Below are positions 1 to 7,245 of a DNA stretch of 32,236 bases, piece by piece. The stretch spans positions 1 through 32,236 of the IMG/VR virus record IMGVR_UViG_3300008224_000003; one strand, given 5' to 3'. Made by a program: the position numbers and the translations under genes. The notes beneath the pieces are model-generated. The model saw only the letters and a list, made by a program, of their open reading frames with translations, ran no database searches and had not been told where the DNA came from. The stretch is from a virus (lineage: Duplodnaviria; Caudoviricetes). Each line of letters opens with the position of its first letter. The first letter of the stretch is position 1.

Positions 1-1
1 A

Positions 2-73
2 TCTTTCCGCAGAGACATGAAATTTGATGTCTATACGGCCCTCTACCAAAAATCCCCCGAAATATTTGACTAA
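2..73 (+). CDS. 3' end of a gene truncated by the window edge (..SFRRDMKFDVYTALYQKSPEIFD*)
   Basis: Open frame from nt 2 to TAA at 71-73, directly before the RBS (AAGGA) of the next gene. Confidence 0.35.
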   Translation, partial: SFRRDMKFDVYTALYQKSPEIFD

Positions 74-88
74 GAAAGGATCATCGTA

Positions 89-766
89 ATGATTATTGAT
101 ATGGGTAACTCAAGCTCCGGCTCCGACCTCTACTTTGGCTGGCAGCAAAAACCGGGCGTAAACTTTAACCACTCGCAGGTCTTCTACACTAATATGTCGG
201 GGCAGCCCAAAGAGGTTTGTGACGTATCCCAGGGCATCGTCCTGGATACCACTGAGCTAAGAACCGGCTGGCAAGACAGCGAGACAAACAAGTGGCAGTT
301 CAATCCAACTGTCTCGCAAATGGCGGCAAAGCCAGCTGAGGGCTGGAAGCGCGGATTTGCCATGCCGGTCGCAGTGGGCGCCGGAAAAATCGCCATGTGG
401 ATGGCAAGCGGCGCAACAGCCTGGGACGCGCTTGGGTACTTAGGCCAACAGCTGGCTCAGTGCCCGGAAGTTGGTCATGTGCCCCTGGTGATGTTCGAGG
501 GCGCTGCCGAGGGCCGATACGATACCAGGACATGGGTCTACCCGCTGCTGAAAGTCCAAAGCTGGATGCCGCGCCCAGAAAGCCTGTCCGCGCGCACTGC
601 TATCGACATGGGTACGCCAGCCGCGCCAGCAGCGCCGGTTCCAGGCATGATGCCCGTAGCGCCACCGGCAATCGCTCAGCCCCCAGCTGCGCCACCGGCA
701 CCCCAGGCTGCGCCACCAGCGCCACCAGCGGCACCACAAGCCGCACCGGGAACCACATTCTTCTAA
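89..766 (+). CDS. Putative phage ssDNA-binding/replication protein with Pro/Ala-rich C-terminal tail
   Basis: 225-aa ORF with RBS AAAGGA. Aromatic-rich core and long PAAP low-complexity tail ending in FF; sits directly upstream of the primase-helicase. Function is inferred from position. Confidence 0.5.
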   Translation: MIIDMGNSSSGSDLYFGWQQKPGVNFNHSQVFYTNMSGQPKEVCDVSQGIVLDTTELRTGWQDSETNKWQFNPTVSQMAAKPAEGWKRGFAMPVAVGAGKIAMWMASGATAWDALGYLGQQLAQCPEVGHVPLVMFEGAAEGRYDTRTWVYPLLKVQSWMPRPESLSARTAIDMGTPAAPAAPVPGMMPVAPPAIAQPPAAPPAPQAAPPAPPAAPQAAPGTTFF

Positions 767-877
767 CTTGCGCGCTGGTCTCCCTGGGCGCGCAAGTAGC
801 CCCCCGCGCTGTTTGATTGGGTTTCCGGCGTGGGCACTTGGCCGGTGGGTCTTCCTCCTTAACTCACCGGCCCTTTT
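766..877 (+). ncRNA. Three tandem stem-loops followed by a T-tract (structured 3'UTR, sRNA or terminator)
   Basis: Stems 766-775/788-797, 803-811/826-834 (2 G-U pairs) and 840-850/862-872 (1 G-U pair). Loop 3 is CTTCCTCCTTA; TTTT follows at 874-877. Confidence 0.55.
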
Positions 878-900
878 AAAAACAAAAAAAGAGCAGATTG

Positions 901-2847
901 ATGGACATGAAAGAAGCCATTCAGGATTATACGGCGAGAGGCTGGAAGATTTTCCCGGTCGCAAAAGACAGCAAGGTGCCGGCCAAGCGGTCAAATGGCA
1001 TTCGTCTTTCGTACAAAGATGCAACCGACGATCTTGCCGCGCTGGAACCATATTTTGAAAAATACCCGGACGCTAACCTGGGCCTGAACCTAGTTGATAG
1101 CGGCCTGGTTTGCATCGATGTCGATGATTACAAGACCGACTGCAAATTTCAGGAATATATGATCGGCAAGGACATGCCACCCACGCTTGTGCAAAAGTCA
1201 GCGAGTGGCGGCACTCACTACATATTTAAGTCAGACCAAGCTGAGCAATTCCCCGGCGAGTTATGCGGCCAGGTGGATATCAAGCACAAGGGATACATCC
1301 TGATCGAGCCAAGCAAGATCGATGGTAAGCCCTACACATGGCAGACAGATGATGAACCCGCGCCCGTACCGCGCTGGGTTCCCCGCAAGAACACGCCAGA
1401 ACCGGCGCCGCTTTTAGAGCAAGGACAGACAGGACAAACGCAGGACATGTCCAACATGTCCGGCATCCGCATTGACATGGCAATTGGTAAGGTAAACGAA
1501 AATGAATTACTGGCGCAGCTGCGCGCCGGTAATAATTGGCACCATAATGCGCGCGACCTCGTTGGTCACTATGTGGCCAGAGGATTTACCGAAAGCCAAG
1601 TGCGAGAAATCGCAGAACAAAACTTTAACCTTGATGGCCAAAGCCGATCTGGCAACCGCCGCTGGGAGCTTGATACGTTTATTAGAGGCGCCTTTGAGAA
1701 GGGTTACGCCCCGCTAGTACCCAAACCACCGGCAGAGGTCTTAAAGGCGCCCGTGGGTGCCCAAATGCAAGCGGCAGTGCAATCGTCGCTCCTTTACCCA
1801 GGCGATGCCAAGCCAATCCTCACCAGCAATTACCTGGTCAAGCGCTGGCTCGATCAAAACACAACCAGCGTCATTTATGGCGAAAGCAACATCGGTAAGA
1901 GCTTCTTCGTCATGGACATGGCCTACTGTGTCGCCGCTGGCATTCCCTGGCATGGCTACAAAACCATTCAAGGCCCGGTCGCATACCTCGCGCTGGAAGG
2001 TGGCCTGGGGATGAACAACCGGCTGTACGCAATCCAGCAAAAATATCAATGCGAGAACGTGCCACTTGCGGTTAGGCGTGCGCCATTAGACATGCTCAAT
2101 AGCGAGGAAGACCTTCAAGTGCTGGGCGCCATGATCCAGGAGATCGAGCAACAATACGGCAAGCTTGCCCTAATCGTGATCGATACGCTCAGCCGCGCCC
2201 TTGCCGGCGGTGATGAGAATAGCTCAACCGATCTGGGCGCCCTGGTCAAAGTCACTGATGCCGTTTGTGCGCAGTCCGGCGCGCATGTCTCGATGGTGCA
2301 TCACAGCGGCAAGGATCAAACCAGGGGCGCCAGGGGCCATAGCTTGCTACGCGCAGCTGTCTCAACCGAAATAGAATTAACAAAGATGGACGGCGTCAGC
2401 TTTGCGACAGCCACAAAGCAGAGAGATCAGGAGCCAGCTGAGCCATTCGCATTCGTCCTCGATAGCGTCGAGCTAGGAAGAGATCAGGATGGCGATGCAG
2501 TGACAACTGCGGTTGTCAAGGCAGCGTCTGAGGAAGATGCGCAAGAGGCTAGGCAGAAGAAGCGCCCAGGCGGCAAAAATCAAATCACGATTTGGAATGC
2601 ATACAAGCAGCTAAAAGCCGACAAGGTTGGCAAAGAAAATCCCAGCGGCACCGGGTGGCCGGAGCCAGGCAAATTCTGGTGCGTCGAGGCCGACGAACTC
2701 AGAGACTTTGCCAGGGGCCAGATGACCACATCAAACAGCCGCACGGCATACGACAAGGCGCTCGATGCGCTCCTGGTAAGCGGCCTCATGGCCATGAACG
2801 AAAATCATATCTGGATCACAACACGGGAAGGTAAGCACTATGTCTAA
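901..2847 (+). CDS. Bifunctional DNA primase/polymerase (Prim-Pol) fused to AAA_25/RepA-like SF4 helicase
   Basis: N-terminal GWKIFPV..K.P, NLGL...LVCIDVD, SASGGTHYIF and DIK..GY motifs. C-terminal Walker A GESNIGKS, Walker B LIVIDTL and HHSGKD..RGHS.L. Confidence 0.92.
   Translation: MDMKEAIQDYTARGWKIFPVAKDSKVPAKRSNGIRLSYKDATDDLAALEPYFEKYPDANLGLNLVDSGLVCIDVDDYKTDCKFQEYMIGKDMPPTLVQKSASGGTHYIFKSDQAEQFPGELCGQVDIKHKGYILIEPSKIDGKPYTWQTDDEPAPVPRWVPRKNTPEPAPLLEQGQTGQTQDMSNMSGIRIDMAIGKVNENELLAQLRAGNNWHHNARDLVGHYVARGFTESQVREIAEQNFNLDGQSRSGNRRWELDTFIRGAFEKGYAPLVPKPPAEVLKAPVGAQMQAAVQSSLLYPGDAKPILTSNYLVKRWLDQNTTSVIYGESNIGKSFFVMDMAYCVAAGIPWHGYKTIQGPVAYLALEGGLGMNNRLYAIQQKYQCENVPLAVRRAPLDMLNSEEDLQVLGAMIQEIEQQYGKLALIVIDTLSRALAGGDENSSTDLGALVKVTDAVCAQSGAHVSMVHHSGKDQTRGARGHSLLRAAVSTEIELTKMDGVSFATATKQRDQEPAEPFAFVLDSVELGRDQDGDAVTTAVVKAASEEDAQEARQKKRPGGKNQITIWNAYKQLKADKVGKENPSGTGWPEPGKFWCVEADELRDFARGQMTTSNSRTAYDKALDALLVSGLMAMNENHIWITTREGKHYV
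1422..1461. repeat. Iteron-like cluster (AGGACA x3, ACATGTCC x2) in the primase-helicase linker
   Basis: AGGACA at 1422, 1431 and 1442; palindrome GGACATGTCC at 1443-1452; second ACATGTCC at 1454-1461. Confidence 0.55.
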
Positions 2848-3127
2848 CATGAACTTGGTGCGCGAGTTGCTAGTCGAAGCAAAGAAGCGCACCAGAAATC
2901 AAGAGGTGGTTGACCTGATTGATCGGGCCATCGCCAACAGCTATCGGGACTATGTGAAGCCCAGAGCGCCGTGCGAAAGCATCCCAATTACCCGGCACAT
3001 CGCGAACATGATCCTGAACGATTATTATTCAAACGACAAGCAAAGCTGCATGACACTGGCCAAGAGATATCAGGTCAATGCCGGCAGAGTATCGGAGTTG
3101 ATCAGTGGTAAGCATGAATATTCATAA
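2840..3127 (+). CDS. Small protein with C-terminal HTH-like motif
   Basis: 95 aa, overlaps the helicase stop; SCMTLAKRYQVNAGRVSELISGK fits an HTH pattern. Confidence 0.65.
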   Translation: MSNMNLVRELLVEAKKRTRNQEVVDLIDRAIANSYRDYVKPRAPCESIPITRHIANMILNDYYSNDKQSCMTLAKRYQVNAGRVSELISGKHEYS

Positions 3128-3220
3128 GTGTAGAAAAAATAGAAATTCTACACTTTTTCTACACCCGCAAAGCGTAGAGGAAATAGAAAAAGCCTATAAA
3201 GGCTTTCTATATTTCTACAC
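3126..3220. repeat. AT-rich intergenic cluster of TAGAAA/TTCTACAC inverted repeats; candidate replication origin
   Basis: AAGTGTAGAA (3126-3135) and TTCTACACTT (3146-3155) form a perfect inverted repeat; further TTCTACAC copies near 3157 and 3213; hairpin AAGCCT-ATAA-AGGCTT near 3190-3205. Confidence 0.55.
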
Positions 3221-3238
3221 AGCGCAGGATTTTTGCTG

Positions 3239-3838
3239 ATGGCTAGGGGTGCGTACAAGGCAAAAGCCAAAGGTAAGGGCAAGAAGTTTGATCGGCTGCT
3301 TGAACCACAATCGACCAAGGAAGAGATTACTGTCGATCTGGCAATCAAGGGATTTGATCGGTGGGTGAGGTATCTCGATGAGAAGTGGGGCGTCGATAGG
3401 CTGATCCAATTGGTGGAGCCTGAAGTGGCTCACAGATATGGTCAGGCACTGGGCAAGCTTAATGAGGCGATCAATGCCGTCGATGCAGCCCAAGCCCGAC
3501 ACTGCGCGGATGACTGCATCAGGGGCATGGTCAAAATGGATGAGCTTGCAACAGCCGCTGGTGCGGCCGGTGCGGATCCTTCCTACTGGGAGTTCGAGGT
3601 TGATGGCGTCAGAGCCGCAATCCTTGCCGACCAGGATGCTTGGCCGAAGGTAAGGGCTGATCGGCCTGACCTAGAGCTTATCACGCTGCATGAGGTTGGC
3701 GTCCACTACGCTCACTGGCGCAAGACCAAGTTAGGTGAAATGACAGCGGCCGTTAAGGATGAGTTCCCTGGAGCGCAGGTCACGAGTGTGTCGTTGCCTG
3801 ATGTCAAGCCTGACTTAGAGGATGAGATCCCGTTTTAA
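3239..3838 (+). CDS. Hypothetical protein ending in an SSB-like acidic tip (DLEDEIPF)
   Basis: About 199 aa, RBS AGGA before ATG 3239, basic N-terminus and helical-looking core. Confidence 0.75.
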   Translation: MARGAYKAKAKGKGKKFDRLLEPQSTKEEITVDLAIKGFDRWVRYLDEKWGVDRLIQLVEPEVAHRYGQALGKLNEAINAVDAAQARHCADDCIRGMVKMDELATAAGAAGADPSYWEFEVDGVRAAILADQDAWPKVRADRPDLELITLHEVGVHYAHWRKTKLGEMTAAVKDEFPGAQVTSVSLPDVKPDLEDEIPF

Positions 3839-3850
3839 TAGGAGAAAGTT

Positions 3851-4108
3851 ATGAAAGAATTAAATGACAAATTTGCAATCATTTGGGAGTTCACAAGCTT
3901 CGAGCGCCAATATCCCAAAGACCAAGTGCAGATCATTAGTTCGTCTGATGGATATGTGTTTGTTGCGAACCTTGATTGGGCATTCGGAACGCGACAGTGG
4001 TATAGGCTTTATTCGTTAGCTGAAGTGCAGTCTGAGCAATGGAGCATATTTGATACATTGACAGACGTAACACACTTTATGGACTTCAACTTCCCTTCAA
4101 AAGACTAG
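3851..4108 (+). CDS. Hypothetical protein (AT-richer)
   Basis: 85 aa with strong RBS AGGAG. Confidence 0.65.
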   Translation: MKELNDKFAIIWEFTSFERQYPKDQVQIISSSDGYVFVANLDWAFGTRQWYRLYSLAEVQSEQWSIFDTLTDVTHFMDFNFPSKD

Positions 4109-4197
4109 GACCAAGGATTTGCACATCGGCGCATCAACGCGCGCACATACGCGAGACGGGCCGCTGCATCCTGATTTGTGCCGCAGAGATGTAATGA

Positions 4198-4210
4198 AAT
4201 CAATGGTTTA
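4198..4210 (+). promoter_or_regulatory. IHF consensus site
   Basis: AATCAA-TGGT-TTA matches WATCAANNNNTTR exactly, in the non-coding gap upstream of terS. Confidence 0.45.
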
Positions 4211-4386
4211 CGGGTCGCAGTTTCAAAAAGGTTTCAAAAAGGGCGGTTTTTGGGGCGAAATCGCGAATTTACCCCCCCCCAGGGGGGGTGCTTGGCCGGA
4301 AAGCCGGGCTAGTAAAGACGCACAGAAATTCGCCAAACAATGCGGCGAGAAAAAAAATTTTGTAAATTGAAAAAAAAGGAACACAA

Positions 4387-4824
4387 ATGGCGGGACGTAA
4401 AAGACATCGGACCTTATTGGCTATTATCGAGGACACCGGCGGCGTCGAAAAAATTTTTGAGGAAATTTCAAACGGCCGCACCATTGCCTCGATTGCCCGT
4501 GAGTTCCAGGTATCGCGCAACATGCTTTCCGGCATCCTCAACGCCTCGGAAAACCGCACCCAGCTGCGAGAGGCGCAGCGCCTTGGCGCGGAACAGCTAG
4601 CAGACGCCGCCCTGGAAATTGCCGACAACGTCCCTGAAGAGACAGCCGCCATCTCCAAGGCGCGCGAGCGGATTGCGGTACGCAAGTGGATCGCGAGTGC
4701 GATGGATCCTGACCGGTGGAACACGACCAGGGCGAACCAGCAAGTCCAGGTAAACATTCACGCTCAGCACTTGGATGCATTGCGGAAGGTCCAGACTGAG
4801 GTGATTGACCATGAAAACGAGTGA
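4387..4824 (+). CDS. terS: Terminase small subunit (Sf6-like)
   Basis: N-terminal HTH (ISNGRTIASIAREFQVSR), then A..LAD.ALEIAD and RI..RKW.AS.M.P..W pattern; upstream of terL. Confidence 0.88.
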   Translation: MAGRKRHRTLLAIIEDTGGVEKIFEEISNGRTIASIAREFQVSRNMLSGILNASENRTQLREAQRLGAEQLADAALEIADNVPEETAAISKARERIAVRKWIASAMDPDRWNTTRANQQVQVNIHAQHLDALRKVQTEVIDHENE

Positions 4825-5026
4825 GGTTGTGGGTTATCTAAACTGGGCTGACGATTTTGCTTTGATTTGCCGAAAGGATGATCGCTTGGTGACGCTGAGT
4901 GACCGGGGCGAGTATGGGATGTATGAGATGATCATGCTTGCGGCTGAGTGTTTGGTCCAGGAGTGTGATGATTTTGACGAGGTTTTGAGAGCGATGCATG
5001 AGGCGATTGGGGCAACGGTTCACTGA
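4811..5026 (+). CDS. Hypothetical acidic protein between terS and terL
   Basis: 71 aa, RBS GAGGTG, overlaps both neighbours (TGATG junction with terL). Confidence 0.6.
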   Translation: MKTSEVVGYLNWADDFALICRKDDRLVTLSDRGEYGMYEMIMLAAECLVQECDDFDEVLRAMHEAIGATVH

Positions 5027-6432
5027 TGGCTCAGAATAATGCATTTGAGGATTTCATCCGGCGCTACCGCAATCGTCCCGTCTTGTTTGTCCAGGAGGTT
5101 TTGAACTGCGAGCCTGACCCCTGGCAGAAGGAATTGATGGAGGCGATTGCCAGCGGCGAGCGCCGTTGCTCTGTGGCGAGCGGTCACGGCGTGGGCAAGT
5201 CTACTGGTACATCCTGGCTGATGTTGTGGTTCTTGCTTACTCGTTTTCCGGTGAAGGTTGTCGTAACGGCTCCCACATCCAGCCAGCTGTTCGATGCGCT
5301 ATTTGCGGAATTGAAGAGGTGGGTTCGGGAAATGCCGGAGCCGTTGCAGAAATTATTAAATGTTAAGTCGGATCGTGTCGAGTTAATAGCGGCGCCCAGC
5401 GAGGCATTTATCGCAGCTAAGACGTCAAGAAAAGAAAGTCCGGAGAGTTTGCAAGGAGTGCATAGCGACTTCGTGCTTTTGTGTGCTGATGAAGCCTCTG
5501 GTATACCTGAAGAGGTCTTTTCGGCCTCAGCTGGGTCTATGTCGGGCGAGCATGCCCACACGATCTTGCTGGGCAATCCAACGCGGGGTTCTGGGTTTTT
5601 CTACGACACGCACCACCGGCTGAAGCGCAACTGGTGGACCCGGACGGTGAGTTGTCTCGATAGCCCACGGGTGTCGGCTGAGTATGTCGAGGAGATGCGT
5701 GAGCGCTATGGCGAGGGAACAAACGCCTGGCGGACGAGGGTCACGGGCGAGTTTCCGATTGCGGATGACGATACGGTGATCCCGCTGCACTTGATTGAGG
5801 GTGCGATGCACCGGGACATTGAGGCGGCTGAGGGTGTGACGCCGGTTTGGTCGTTGGATGTGGCGCGCATGGGCGACGATGCGAGTGTCTTGTGCAAGCG
5901 CACTGGCCGGGTTGTGACGGACATGCGTGTTTGGCGCAAGCTGGACTTGATGCAGCTGTGTGGGTCGGTGGTGGCTGAATATGAGGCTTTGCCGCCGAGT
6001 GAGCAGCCAAATAATCTCTACGTTGACAGCGCGGGATTGGGCGCTGGAGTGGCTGACAGGCTCACTGAGTTGGGGTTACCGGTTACGGGCGTGAATGTAT
6101 CGGAAAGTCCCTCTATGGGCACTCAGTATTTAAATTTACGGGCTGAGTTGTGGTATCGCCTGAAGGCTTGGCTAGAGGGCCGTGACTGTCGGCTACCGCG
6201 CGACGAAAATTTATTGTCAGAACTTTCTGCCCCTAAGTATAGCTTCACCTCTACTGGTAAGATAAAAATCGAAAGTAAGAGCGACATGAAGTCACGCGGG
6301 TTAAAAAGCCCGGACATGGCAGATGCGCTTTGTCTAAGCCTCTCTGGGGATGCGGCGATAGCGCTGCACGGGCCAGCTGGGGCGCAAAGATGGAATAAGC
6401 CTATCCGGCGAAATCTGCGAGGTGTCGCATGA
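5026..6432 (+). CDS. terL: Terminase large subunit
   Basis: PDPWQ adenine motif, Walker A SGHGVGKS, Walker B LCADEAS, GNP coupling motif; RNase H-like nuclease with LDVAR..D and SPDMADAL. Confidence 0.96.
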   Translation: MAQNNAFEDFIRRYRNRPVLFVQEVLNCEPDPWQKELMEAIASGERRCSVASGHGVGKSTGTSWLMLWFLLTRFPVKVVVTAPTSSQLFDALFAELKRWVREMPEPLQKLLNVKSDRVELIAAPSEAFIAAKTSRKESPESLQGVHSDFVLLCADEASGIPEEVFSASAGSMSGEHAHTILLGNPTRGSGFFYDTHHRLKRNWWTRTVSCLDSPRVSAEYVEEMRERYGEGTNAWRTRVTGEFPIADDDTVIPLHLIEGAMHRDIEAAEGVTPVWSLDVARMGDDASVLCKRTGRVVTDMRVWRKLDLMQLCGSVVAEYEALPPSEQPNNLYVDSAGLGAGVADRLTELGLPVTGVNVSESPSMGTQYLNLRAELWYRLKAWLEGRDCRLPRDENLLSELSAPKYSFTSTGKIKIESKSDMKSRGLKSPDMADALCLSLSGDAAIALHGPAGAQRWNKPIRRNLRGVA

Positions 6433-6500
6433 ATTACGGTAAGAAATCCCCCAAGCCAAAGAAGAAGCCCAAGGGCAAAAAGTCCGGCATGTTTAAGTAG
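6429..6500 (+). CDS. 23-aa lysine-rich peptide MNYGKKSPKPKKKPKGKKSGMFK
   Basis: ATGA overlap with the terL stop, RBS GAGGTG, fills the gap to the next gene; too short for the ORF track. Confidence 0.6.
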   Translation: MNYGKKSPKPKKKPKGKKSGMFK

Positions 6501-6510
6501 GGCATGACCA

Positions 6511-7245
6511 ATGGCTGAAACGAAAAAGAAGGAATACATATCGTTTTCCGATATGTTTGACGGCGGTGGCCCTGGGCAGTCTGGCGATAAATTTGAGGGC
6601 GGCGGTATTATCAGCGAGATTGGTAATGCTTTGGGTGGTCCGAAGATTTTCGGCAATAAGTTTGTTGATCGTGGCGAGGCGCCTGGTGGCGGCACTCGCA
6701 TTAAGCACGAACAGCCGGTTGGCTTGCTGACTGATGCGTTTGACGGCGGTGGTTTTGGCTATAGCGGGAATTATTTTTCTGACGGGCCTTATTCGATGCT
6801 TGCGAATGTTTTGGGCGTTCAGCCCCAGGGTTCTGAGAATTTGGCGTCAAGCTTGCGGCCCCAGGCGCGGCCTGACTTCCCGTTTGCGTTTGCCTCGCAA
6901 AGCCCGGTGGGCGATACGAGTGACCCGAAGGCGGCTATAAACAATCCTGACGCTCAGATTGTTGAGCCGGAGCCGGCATCGAGCATCCCGACATTTAACG
7001 AGTTTTCGCAGCTGAGCAGTATAAAGTTTCTAACGCCGGAGGCGCAGATGCGGATGTTTGACGCGCTCTATCCCCCGACTGCGATTGTTTCTGACGTACC
7101 GCAACATTATGATGAAAGCCTGGGTCCAATGGTTAACGCCTGGACGGCGCTTAGAGTACCTGAGAGTTATGGCCCATACCCTGGCGATATTCGTCCCACT
7201 TTGTCTGACAACGCGGCTAGTATACCGCGGTATGGGCGTCTATGA
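6511..7245 (+). CDS. Hypothetical Gly/Pro-rich protein with duplicated FDGGG motif (possible virion/ejection protein)
   Basis: 244 aa; two copies of D.FDGGG.G.SG..F..G..S...N.LG; SLRPQARP motif. Confidence 0.7.
   Translation: MAETKKKEYISFSDMFDGGGPGQSGDKFEGGGIISEIGNALGGPKIFGNKFVDRGEAPGGGTRIKHEQPVGLLTDAFDGGGFGYSGNYFSDGPYSMLANVLGVQPQGSENLASSLRPQARPDFPFAFASQSPVGDTSDPKAAINNPDAQIVEPEPASSIPTFNEFSQLSSIKFLTPEAQMRMFDALYPPTAIVSDVPQHYDESLGPMVNAWTALRVPESYGPYPGDIRPTLSDNAASIPRYGRL

Noticed and set aside
397-1058. Alternative ORFs 397-816, 440-1051 and 768-1058
   Set aside because: They overlap better-supported genes and the structured RNA, with Arg/Pro/Trp-rich shadow composition.
3125-3165. Resemblance of TAAGTGTAGA / AATTCTAC to a Cas12a direct repeat (mini-array or RNA anti-CRISPR)
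   Set aside because: The two arms are in the opposite order to the Cas12a repeat, there are no regular spacers and no cas genes; an origin-type inverted repeat explains it better.
4119-4370. 83-aa ORF in the gap before terS
   Set aside because: TTG start, runs through homopolymer tracts and tandem repeats; the region looks like cis-acting DNA.
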